Below are positions 53,401-64,000 of a DNA stretch of 64,000 bases, one piece after another (positions within the stretch are counted from its first letter, which is position 1; every line of letters starts with the position of its first letter). The stretch comes from Ascidiella aspersa (Eukaryota). The translations under genes and the position numbers were made by a program. The stretch spans positions 35,278,001-35,342,000 of the forward strand of contig OZ004607.1 of the NCBI GenBank assembly GCA_963924565.1, in the 5' to 3' direction. The notes beneath the pieces were generated by a model. That model was not told where the DNA came from and ran no database searches. It was given only the letters and a program-made list of their open reading frames with translations.

Positions 53401-55835
53401 GATGTAATTCGCAAAGTCGCCCATGCTAGCCATTCTGGTCACTGCGATGCACAGAAACAATCACTGCGCAGGTAAAATCCCCTGTTGTGAAATTTGTGTG
53501 GTTGTACGTCAAGTCTTCAGGCATGTCAGCGTTAGGGACAAATTTCTGCAAAAACTGATTCTTTGTTATTCGTTTCCTTCTGTGGTAAACGTTTCTAAGC
53601 AATCGTATTTTGTTCATAAATTGAGTCAACATTGTACTATAAGCTGTATTTCAGGGCTAGTAAATCTTTAGCAAAACTTGTGTACTTGCTTGCATATAGT
53701 TTCAAGTCTACGGCACATTTTCTTAAGCTAAGGCGACAAATTGGCTTTCTATTGCAGGGGTGCCAAGGTATGCAATTGTTGTACCTTTAAGGGATTCTTT
53801 CATTAGTCTACAGATTATAGCACGTTGTTATAGATAAGAAACCAAATTGTAAGCGGGTAAAAACACAAAATGGAAGGCCCACTTCAAATCTAAAAGGCGC
53901 CATTCTTTAGATAAAGGCCCAAAGTGAGTTACAAAACATATATTTTGTTGGCTTGCTTTTCAAAAAAGTCATACGCAATTTGTAGGCAACAAACTCCTCC
54001 AGCGTTTATTTGGGGCTCTTTTGTGATCGTGTTTTACCAATTTGTAATGACTTGACTTAAGTTCACTTATATGTTACTGTTTTCAAATAATTTGACTTGA
54101 CTAAATTCGTTTCGTTTGAATGACTTTACTTGACTTAAGTCTTTCGGAAAAAGGACTTGATTTTGATTTAAGTTCAGTCAATGACTTGGGCTGAAATTAA
54201 TGTTTCATTAAGCAGTTTTTTTATAAAATTGGTTTATTTATCTGAATTTTTGCACATAAAAAAATTGCTTGCTAGATGTTGCATGTATGCTAGTTTTTAC
54301 TTGAGTTATTTGAGGCCCAAGTCACTTCAAAATGACTTGTTTACAACACTGTTTCTTAACCTAAATTCGTTGTTGCAGCGAGCAACGTGATGGAATCGCA
54401 CTACAAGGCGGACAACATGTGCTGGTTGCACAGCAACTCACTGTACATCGGTCTCCTGGCGCCCGTTGGTGTTCTTCTAACCTACAACTGCTGCGTCTTC
54501 GCCGTGGTTACGCACGAGCTCTCGTGCAAGAACATCGAAGTAAGTGCTTAAAAAGGCCGGGAAACGTTTTGCCGTTAAGGCAGGATACAAAGTGTTCTAG
54601 TGTTAACTGTGAGTGCACTTTGATCGGCAATATAGTTTGCGCCAAACATTTTTGTGAGTAATTTTTTAAGAATATTTCTATAAAGAAGCATCAGGCAAAT
54701 TCTTTAATGTAATATCGGATTGGACCAGATGCCACGTGGTGATATCGACACTCGTCTGAAACTAGGTGAAGTTCATATTGGAATTATGTCAAAGTAGAAA
54801 TGAAAGCAATTTAATTGTACAATCCGATCTTCGTTATATAGTTTCACCTGATAACTACATTTTAGTTTCTAACAAAATAACAACGACTTTGCCCGTTGTT
54901 TAGTCGGACGCACCAGGTCTGCGCCGAAGCGCGAAGCAAAAGCTCCTGATCGCCGTAACCATGGTGACCATCTTGGGTCTGGCTTGGTCCTCCGGATACC
55001 TGCTCCTCATCTCGCAAGACGCAACATACAGCACAATCATCAGTTGGGTCTTTGCTCTGTTTTGCACCTTGCAGGTGAGAGAGCAGAACGCGTGGCGTAA
55101 AACAAGGCCTATAGTCAAATCTCATCAGTTTTATAGTCTGAGTGAATAACAGATTTTAAATAAGTGATGCTCTATAGTTTTGCTAAGTATAGGCACTCTA
55201 ATAAATGCGTTTTTTTAAAGTTAGGATTGTTTTTTTAAAGTTAGGATTATATTTTTGTTTAAAGTTGTGTAATTTACAAAATTATTACGGCATTTATAAG
55301 GTTGCTAATAACAGAAAGAGGTATTATTAGTATTTTTAGCTCTTTATTTTCATAATAACATCTTGTTATTTCACACACCTCGTCAAACTATTTTGATTGA
55401 TGTAAGGTCATTTAAAAAAAGTCATAACAACCATAAAAAACAAAAAACATATTTTAGCGTTGTCCCGAGGTAGATTACGTATTTTCGGTCTAATTTAAAC
55501 GGTATTTGATTTCTTTCAAATATATGCTACTCATCATAAAAGTTTACTAAAACTCAACCCAATGTAATCCCTATTTAACATTGTACATGTATTTAACTCT
55601 TCCCAATGTACCTTTAAAGCTTAGCAACCAACAACATTTCGTAATCCAGGGCTTTCTGATTTTCCTCCTGACTTCTGTCCGACGATCCGACATGAGGAAG
55701 ATATGGTGGTCGCCGATTCGCTCCATCGCCCGGAGGACCTCCACCAGCGCATCCAAGAGCGCTCCCAGGAAGCAGTCAGCAACCTCCGGGATGGAAGCGG
55801 CGAGCAAGAAGAACACAAACAGAGGATCCGTCTGA
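40582..55835 (+). CDS. Adhesion G protein-coupled receptor (ADGRG/GPR126-GPR128-like), 16 coding exons, ~770 aa
   Basis: Exons: 40582-40657 (signal peptide MGIFTDASHLKWTLLLICTAICILS), 41167-41238, 41648-41755 (EGF-like Cys pattern), 42480-42584, 43454-43581, 45959-46120, 46771-46977, 48081-48287, 49176-49298 (GAIN, ..SNLSEPIRI), 49930-50067 (GPS), 50452-50561 (TM1), 51522-51729 (TM2-3, ALLHYFLLTTWCWM), 52516-52666 (TM4), 54379-54539 (CWL, TM5), 54904-55074 (TM6-7), 55650-55835 (GFLIF..stop). All GT-AG and in phase. Confidence 0.92.
42755..43129. mobile_element. hAT-type MITE with GAGTCC/GGACTC subterminal repeats
   Basis: AGGGCTGCAGAGTCGG..CCGACTCCGCAGCCCTG; TSD (T/C)TTTAAAG. Confidence 0.85.
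45456..45857. mobile_element. hAT (Buster-like) MITE
   Basis: CAGTGGTCTTCAACC..GGCTGGAGACCACTG; perfect TSD GTATAGTG. Confidence 0.9.
47036..47427. mobile_element. MITE-like element rich in AAGTC (CAGTGTTGTAA termini); relatives at ~47722-47840 and, inverted, ~54045-54351
   Basis: Inverted termini CAGTGTTGTAA..TTACAACACT and repeated AAGTC/GACTT motifs; TSD unclear. Confidence 0.6.
49930..50067 (+). CDS. GPS autoproteolysis motif exon of the adhesion GPCR
   Basis: CVYWDLTFGEWRSDGCCLNLTAETPECLCDHL/TNFAVLV: canonical C-x2-W..W..GC..C-x-C-x-H-L-T consensus and a Stachel-like peptide. Confidence 0.96.
51140..51495. repeat. Palindromic hairpin element cluster (three arms plus an inverted arm); relatives at ~28318-28452 and ~60652-60758
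   Basis: AATATCAAAGCCTATACAGAAGTAGGTAGCATTTT-AAACGTTT-reverse complement. Confidence 0.8.
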
Positions 55836-56247
55836 GGTGGAAGATTAGTTAGGATTGGAGGGATTTCATCAAGGGAGAGACTCACTACCTTGAACCTTGG
55901 TGATATGGGATGAAATTACACCCTGGTGAAGATGAAAATGAAGAAAAAATAAAAGTAAAAGTGGCAATAAGGCAGAAGAATATCAAGATATAGCTATTAT
56001 ACGAAGAAAGTTTTGTTTTTCATTGACGTGTTGGTCAGGACCAAATCAGGCCCCTTTGGAGGCCCTGAGCACTTAAGACCCCCTATTGCCCTATATGTGT
56101 CATTAACATGATGCTTGAGAAAAAAAAATAACTACAAATTTATTTGAACCGGGCCACTTGAGGTCTGAGTCGTCTGACCAACTCGAATTATTTCATTAAA
56201 CACTGAGGCACCATTAAAAATTCGACAAAGAAAATATCTGTGGCGGC

Positions 56248-57192
56248 TAGGGATGTTCAAAGTAGAATACCAAGGTATTCTAGAATAATAGGTTTCGAAT
56301 CTAGAATTACGAATCCAAAATAGCGAATCCTAGTATATTTTTATTAAATTATTTAACCTCGATTTTGTTTGGGGAATGGATTAATCTTTTTCTACCCTAG
56401 AGGGCCCACAATCACAGCAATAAATCGCCCAAACAATTTGCTAACATGTGTACATTATAATAAAAAATGTTTTACATTCTTAACAACTGTCATTTAAAGC
56501 AGTTGTGTAAACTGTAATACATGTCCACTGTTCAGGTTGTTGCCAAAACTTATATTTTTGCCAATAGTGAGTACAATGCAACGCTGCACACAGAACTCTT
56601 TAGCAATTCGGTACAGTTTTTAAAAGCATTGTTGGGTCTTAGTGCTTCTTTTTTGACTAATTGATCTGTTATGCAGTCAAATAATGTACTGCAAAGAATA
56701 CAAAGTTACTATTGACATAACAAATACTTGACAATTTAGGCTGTGCATAACTGCATAACCTCGCTGAATATTGGCCTAAAGTTGACCTTAAGTAACCCTA
56801 TAGCGCATTTTCTCGATGGCCAGCACGTGTTACTTTTGCAACTTAACGCATTTAGGGAAATTGCGAACTCTGCTCCTGACATTACACGTTAGTCGCTCGC
56901 CCAATAACGCTTGATTGACACTTAATTATTAGACGAACGTTATCGCCAGACGCGAAGTAATTGGTCGCCCGAAAAAACGCTGACACTGCACTACCAGGTT
57001 ACATTAAAGCAAGCACTATAAATTGGTCGCCGCAGCGACATGCCAACTTACCGCACGCGTTGGTACAATTAGGAGCAAACAATCGGCGGTAAAACATTAA
57101 ATTATATCGGTTCCAATTACCCGAAATAAACGACAGAATTGGATTCGAATCCAGATGGGGTTGGATTCGATATTCTACTTTGAGCATCCCTA
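56248..57192. mobile_element. Non-autonomous hAT element, ~945 bp
   Basis: TIR TAGGGATGTTCAAAGTAGAATA / TATTCTACTTTGAGCATCCCTA; perfect 8-bp TSD GTGGCGGC; no transposase ORF. Confidence 0.92.
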
Positions 57193-59712
57193 GTGGCGGC
57201 CCTTTCCTTGGTACCCTAAGCACGTGCTTAATTTTATGGTTAATTCAACCCAAGTTGGTTCTTACCAAGAGTGGCAGATGTTTCTCCAAACTTGAATAGA
57301 CTTTAGCGGATCAGGACTATGTTTTGGTGAAATATTAAGCGAAAAACACATCAAAATACAAAACTTGCAAAGAGAAAAAATAACGCTTACCTATGGGTGA
57401 TTAATAGAAAAAATCTTAAAGTCCTGTAGTTTATTATTCCCAACCCGTTGATTTATATAATTTTAATCCAAAAATCTACTATGTTTCTGTAAGGTTTGTT
57501 TGTTGTGTCTTCTTCAAATTTTATGCTTCGTTTCTGTGCTTTATATGCAGTTTTAAATAAAGTAGATTATTTTTTATCTTGCGATCGTGCATACGTGTCT
57601 AACAAAATAAGTAGTGCCCACGGGGGCTAGTCTTTGTAGTTGCTTAATTGTGGTCCTTAATTACCTGTGGGTAATTTTTCTAAATAGAAGTCATGTGACG
57701 ATTTCGTGGTTTAAATAATGTTATCATTTTATTTCTTAAAGACCTTTTTAATGAATCAAGGTTAGTTAAGGTTACGGGTTGTAGCATGAATTCATTTCTA
57801 TACAACTTATCAAATAACTACATTTTTCAACAGCAAACTGTATCTATCAAGTGCAAATAAATGAGTACGCCAAAACCACATCATTAAGATACAACATGGT
57901 TTGTCCTGTGTAAAGCATTGTATGCAAGTAGACAGCAGAAAATTTCGTGCTCTGGGTATACAAGATAACATTATCGACGCGATTGATGACTAGGCTTTTA
58001 CGGGAAGCCTGTGTAAGTTTTGTATATAAAAAGACCACTATTAGTGTACCCAATGTACGCAGGGTCGTTTACTGACGCATAAATTCAGTCCACTGTTTTG
58101 TCGAAAGGACTGAAAGCTGGGTTGAACGCTTTCTGCGAAACCTCATGTCAGTCAAGCAAGTTAGCTGTGCAGTAAATGCCATCGTAGCAGTTCAGGCTTC
58201 GACAGGAAAAGCTAATCAGCGTGGTGCTGTTTTTTTAGGTGAATTTCAGTAGCGAAAAGCTTGCAACACACGTTTTGCAAGTCAAGTTAGCTAAGGGCTG
58301 CGTTTGATTGGTTTTCATATAACGTGGAGCTGGAATCAAGTAAGGCCAGTTACCAAGTTTACTGCCAACACCTATCGCCCGGCAATCGGCTTAACTAAGT
58401 CGTTTAAAAACAGAGGCCTTCCAGGCTATAGACACCCAGCCTTCGTCAGCAAGTCTGAAGTTATGCCTTTTTGTAACCAACCTGACATGCACTGAAACAT
58501 TTTCTTTCAGTATTCGGAATCATATTGACATTTCAAAACGAGCTAGAAATATTTGAAATACGCCGTTATGTGTAGGGTTAGATTTAATTAACACTTGACT
58601 GTTAAATCTGTCGAAAAAAAGACTTCTTTAGTAATAGGTATATTTTTATTCGATAAACAGTCGTTGGACATATTCTGTTTCAACTTATAGTGTCTTTTGT
58701 TTTTCAATAGTGTTCCTACTTATAGAAATCAATGAACAAGATCTATTGGGGGTATAGAATACTGTAAAGGTTAGATTTTTAATCATGTTTTCGGGTTTTA
58801 TTAGCAGCTTTTTCTACTGTTGGGAAGAAGAGCCCAGTTTACATTTTCGCTTTTTCTTTTCGCGACATATTTAGTAAACAACAAAACAAGCGAAAAATGA
58901 GCCTATCATTGTCATTTTCAGAACACCAATTAAAAAAGGCTCGGTGCTCGTGGTCGACAAATAGTTTGAGATAACGCATCTGAAAAAAAGTAGTCAGCGC
59001 CAGAGCTAAACAGTGATTCACACACACTAAACAGGAAAGGTGAAAGCGTTTTGGCGTACTTCCCCCTGTTAATCAAAACGCTTTGTTGAACAGGGAAGTG
59101 AGTAGTCTGCGACGGTTTTTCGTGTATCGAAAGTGCATGCGAAAAGGACAATTCTATGCTCTTTTAATGCTTTATCAGCGAATTTCGGTCTACTGGTTTA
59201 TATCCTTAATCCGGCTGAAGAACTTATAGCTTGAATAATAGAGAGTCTTTCTGGTGATTTGTAATCTTTCACACTGTTTTATTTGCGACACATGGTAAGC
59301 TGTACGGCAAGAGAGAACAGTTTTTGTGATATACTGGTGCCAGTTTACTTTTAATTTTATACAATTTTCTCAAAATGCGAATTTTACAGGGGTGCAAATA
59401 CAATACTGCTTAGGTATGACGGCCATAGGATAAAGCTTAAAGATCTTTTGTCGACGATTTTATTTATTTCAGTTTGATTGATTGGAATTTAATTGCCGAA
59501 ATAAACGATGTTGGTGGAAATGATGGTCAATTGGACACCAGTGACATGCATCACATGCTGCTAATAATTCTCCCAAACATATACCTCGACTGTAGTGGTT
59601 AGTAAACAGTAAATACAGAGAAGCGAAAGTGCTGAAACTTATATTTAAATTACATACCAGGTTGACGATGCTTTTCAGGCTTCTTAGGTTGCGATAATAG
59701 AAACAGCTTAGA

Positions 59713-62700
59713 ATGTTAAATTTGCTTCTTGTTGGAATTCTGTTTTGTTTTACAGTGTCGGCTAATCGAGGTAAGGACGTTTTTTACAGTGGTTTTAACT
59801 TGATTATAACGTAAATTTGGCTTCGGTTCTTGATGAACAAGCGAACGAATTTGATGTTAACAGTAAAGGACCATTTAGTAACACAGAGCTTTGCAATATA
59901 AGGCCCGCAGACCGCAGTACTTGTTTTTTGCCCACAATACCTTCGACAGTAAATGTTGTTCTTTTCCATTGTTCTTTCTGACTTTATATATATCATTTGG
60001 ACTTTCATTGATTTTTGTGAGATATGTTGCTTAAAAATGCCTAGTTAAAAATGTCAAAAGTGATAATAATATATTCGTATTCCGCGAAGCTTTTTATGTA
60101 TTAATTTGTTTTGTTTTTTATGAAAGGTGCCACACATACGACTTTTTTTTTATTGCTTTACAAAAAAGTGGTACATTAAATGATTGATACTAAAACATTT
60201 TATATCCGAATTTTGCCGTCATGAAAAAAAACAGAGTTCCTTCATTTACTGGTAGCCTAATGGTTGTCTTAAGCATGAAATAATGGTTCCCAACAGTAAA
60301 AGATATTTCCTTATTTGCAAGACAGTCACTGTATAGTCACAGCAGCAGCGCTTTTTCACCTAACAGGAAACGTCTATCAAATCGGCGACAAGGCGTATTT
60401 CATCGGTGACCTCGACGCCCAAAGCTGCAGAGATGCACGAGCTACCTGCAGCTTGTCTTTTAACGGAGACCTTCTCACCATCCAAAGTGATGCGGAGATG
60501 AAACTGGTTCAAGCGATGGTGTCCGAGCCACGCTACGGCATACCAACTTGCAAAGGCGCTGTTTACAATTATACTCACCTGGCAACCGTGGCAGGTGTGT
60601 TGTATGTATATCATGTTGTGAACAAGTCATTGCAAAGTGACACAAGTTGAACGTGGTAGGAATATTAGAGCCTGTACAGAAGTAGCCAGTAATTTAAACG
60701 TTTTAAACTACCTACTTATGCATGGGCTTCCATATTCGTACTACGTCTGACTCCAACCGTTATACTTAAATTAAGTATTTTACAAAAAACTTCAATACCA
60801 AGGCAAGTAATTTAAAAACAATAAGTCGTTAGTTGGCCCTTTTCATTCGGGGTCAAGTCCCAAAACGGTAACTGTATTCCGAAGGTAATTGCGAACATTG
60901 TTTCCGTGCATTCAGGTCTATAGTAATACCTAATATGATATTATACGCTGTGGTACAACACAACTGCCAAGCAGCGACATTAAAATTGGGGTGACCTGTT
61001 TGCCCATGGCAAACTTAGCCTTTTGAAATTTGGATATTGCAGTATATATTTAAATTAAATCGGCCAATCATACCACGCTACACTGCGGAATGGGCGGGTT
61101 ACTAAAATGACTAACCATAAGGGAAACCCCGACCGTGTGAAGAAAAGACAAAAATCCTTGAAAAGACAATAAGTATGGAAACCCTATACTAGAGACAATA
61201 GCCTCTAGCTTTATTCATCTACGCGCCGCTAGTCATTAACAGCAGGCGATTCAATTCAAACGTCTTTGATTTGGTAATAGTACAGATTTTACCAAAACGA
61301 ACGCCAAACTAAAGCCATATTTCTTAAAGATCATGGCTTGGGCCAAGCAAAAACTGAAAATAATATTCGCTTGTATAAATGGGAATTACTTAAATAATTG
61401 TTCGATTGATAGTAATGTGTTCAATAACACAAGTTTGACATCTAGGCCTATACACTTTACATTACCTTTTGTCTATTCTTAATCGAAGGATCTGTCATCG
61501 CAAATATGACTTTGTACAAAAGACTCTGAAAAACAGGGAATGGATCAACAATTAATAGGACGACCTATTAGGGCAGTGTTTCGTAACGTTTTTAGCGTTG
61601 GCGCACCTGTAAACCTCTAAAACCTAGCGGAACAGCGGGCCAGCTCAAACTGTTTTGGTGAAACCAGTATTTCGTTTAAAGTACTTGCAAGTTTGCATTT
61701 CATAGTTCGAACAGTTGCTTTATTGTTAAATAACTGTGAAATGAATAAGCTTAGCCGAAACCGAAAGAAAAAATGATGAAAAACATGTTTCATATTTTGA
61801 CATATTTTAACGCATCGGTTAAGAAGAGCTCGTTTTAATGGCATGGCGTTAAGGGTTAACTTTATTTTAAACAAGCCATGCTTAAAATATGTACAGAGAA
61901 GAGTGGACTGTACTACGTTGGAAGAGACAGTGAACTGAGTTGTTTGGTGTACAACAAATCCTCCCACAACACAACGTTGACTCCAAAAAGCAACGGATTG
62001 GCGCTCTTCATTTGTGTTAGAAGAGGTATAATTTCATCACAATTCTATCCGACTAAAATAACGGTAACTCAATGAGGCAGACTTGGACAACTAGATTTAT
62101 TTTAGCTTTTTAAAATTAGGTTAGAGTTAAAATTAGAGCATTTTAGTTTTTTCAAATTAGATTAGAATTAGAATTAACGAATTCCTAAAAAAACAAATTT
62201 CAACTAGAATTTGAACTAGAATCACATACAACCAATTTAATTTAATTGCAATTTATTCTTATGAGAATGTGAATGGTAAATATGTGTGTGCTAATTTTGA
62301 AGCCTTTTTATGCTTTTTAGACTGTAAAAATTATATACAACTCGTTCCAAACAAAGAGCTTTAATTGAAATTCTGTGTTTCAACTGAGTGACTAAAAATG
62401 ACGTTGGACAAAGTAGCAGTTTTGGAAAAATCCGAATTAGATTAGAACTAGAATTGGAGCACACAGGCAATCCATAAATTAGATTAGAATTAGAATTAGT
62501 CACATTTTGCTCTAATTTAATGAATTAGAAAACTAGAATTATCTAGTTGTCCAAGTCTGCAATGAGGGGCGAAATTTAACGAAAACGATAACCGGGATTT
62601 CCGATTTATCGCATTTTATTCCGATACGATATTTTATTCCGATACGATATTTTATTTTTGGCAAAATTATTATCCAATCTGATAAAGTAACGTCGCGTAA

Positions 62701-63496
62701 CTATGGTCAAAACTAAAAAAATTGTTACAAGCGTATTGCGTTACTGGTTTACAAGCAAATATTCGATTTGACGCTGGAAAACATATAAGCTATACTTTAT
62801 TGGTAATATGCCAGTTTCCCAAACAAATACCTTTTAGAAAAGTTAAATATATTTTGCACAACTCCAAAAATAATTTGCTTGATCAAAATCTTCTGATTTC
62901 TTTTCGATTTTTAGTCCGCCATTGGGTAATACTTTATGGTAGGGGTCATGAAACTTTTTTCACATGTAAATCTTGTGTCTAACTTTAAACTTGGTTATTA
63001 TCGCTTAACGAAGAAAAAATTAAAACTATATGCAACAAAAAGTGGAGTACGATGCAGTTAATTGCCATTCAATTTAACATATTAGTTTAGAATGGCATCC
63101 TACAACATTTAAACTATACTTTATCGACATTAAGAAAATATGCCGCGGGCCGGTAAAATTAACTCTGCAGGCCGTAGTTTGATGATTCCTGCTTTACAGA
63201 TGACAAATTGAGAAATATATATGTTGTTGCAGCCTCAAAGATTACATACTCGCCTTCTTTGGGATCCATGAACCTCAACATCGGAAGCAGCCACTATTGG
63301 AACTTCAAGATAGTTGAAGTTACGTATCCCAAATGCTTCTGTGAAAAGCCTAACGTTACCACAAGCGAGCTAACAGACCAAAGAATCAACGTTGAGGTGA
63401 TTTTGCACACGCAATGTCGGCTGAGGTTGAATGTCAGCAAACCACTAGGAGAATGCTGGTGGGACAGCGTCAGTCTTCGGTTTAACTTTACTTACG
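59713..63496 (+). CDS. Secreted or membrane protein with a divergent C-type lectin-like domain (5' part; probably continues past the window)
   Basis: Exons 59713-59770 (signal peptide MLNLLLVGILFCFTVSA), 60322-60594 (..KAYFI..SCRDARATC..GDLLTIQSDAEMKLV, CTLD alpha1/alpha2), 61876-62025 (YYVG..CLVY..LFIC), 63233-63496 (beta-rich, Cys-containing). All phase-1 GT-AG junctions. Confidence 0.78.
62078..62559. mobile_element. hAT-type MITE, family A (TIR CAGACTTGGACAACTAGAT), full copy
   Basis: TIRs at both ends, perfect 8-bp TSD CAATGAGG, internal (A/G)ATTAG subterminal repeats. Confidence 0.92.
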
Positions 63497-63621
63497 GTGA
63501 ATATCCTTTGTAAATGTAATTTGAATTTGCTGTTTATTAATGTTGACTATAGTATAGCCCCGGCGTAGCCCGTCGATCGCGTTGAATATGTGTTACGTAA
63601 TTACAGTAGCTGTCGCACACC

Positions 63622-64000
63622 AGACTTGGACAACTAGATTTATTTTAGCTTTTTAAAATTAGATTAGAATTAAAATTAGAGCATATCAGTTTTTCCAAAT
63701 TAGATTAGAATTAGAATTAGATCATTTTGAGTTTTCTGAAATTAGACTAGAATTAGAATTACCGAATTCGTAACAAAATAAATTTGAACTAGAATTTAAA
63801 CTAGAATTACATCTGATTATTCACAATCAATTACGTTCAAATCGGGAAGTATTTTAATAAGAATGTGAATGATTGTGTATGTGCTAATTTTTAAGCCTTT
63901 TAGCATAGCATATGCTTTTTAGACTGTGAAAATTCTGTTCCAACCAAAGAGTTTGAATTCAAATTCTTTGTTTTGACTAAGAGACTAAAAATGCCGTTGG
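63622..64000. mobile_element. hAT-type MITE, family A, truncated by the window end
   Basis: Starts with CAGACTTGGACAACTAGATTTATTTTAGC and aligns with the other copies. Confidence 0.88.

Noticed and set aside
55821-55835. Class I PDZ-binding motif at the aGPCR C-terminus (..RGSV)
   Set aside because: Position -2 is Gly rather than Ser/Thr, so it does not fit the consensus.
3308-63496. Non-canonical or U12 introns, or introner-type introns
   Set aside because: Every intron inferred is ordinary GT-AG, and the MITE ends do not coincide with intron boundaries.

Overview
AT-rich, intron-rich animal genomic DNA. The MITE-dense introns and gene content suggest an invertebrate chordate such as a tunicate, but that is inference only. 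Manual splicing, with all introns GT-AG and phases checked, gives three protein-coding genes. (1) A class II POU (Oct1/Oct2/POU2F-like) transcription factor on the - strand: 10 coding exons, 36120->3308, about 532 aa. (2) Head-to-head with it, a complete 16-coding-exon adhesion GPCR on the + strand (signal peptide, EGF-like/HormR-like region, GAIN/GPS, 7TM; ADGRG-like; 40582-55835, about 770 aa). (3) The 5' part of a secreted or membrane protein with a divergent C-type lectin-like domain (59713 to beyond 63496), probably continuing past the window. Introns hold many non-autonomous hAT-type MITEs with 8-bp TSDs, a probable tRNA-derived SINE, a palindromic element and tandem repeats. The most unusual signals are in the POU2 gene. 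A higher-order tandem array amplifies the homeodomain exon end and its 5' splice site, creating decoy donors and 8 CRE palindromes. A local duplication plus a MITE fragment creates a possible alternative terminal exon that would remove the C-terminal low-complexity domain. There is also an intronic promoter-like island and several octamer sites that may indicate autoregulation. No bacterial-type systems, CRISPR arrays or rRNA were seen.
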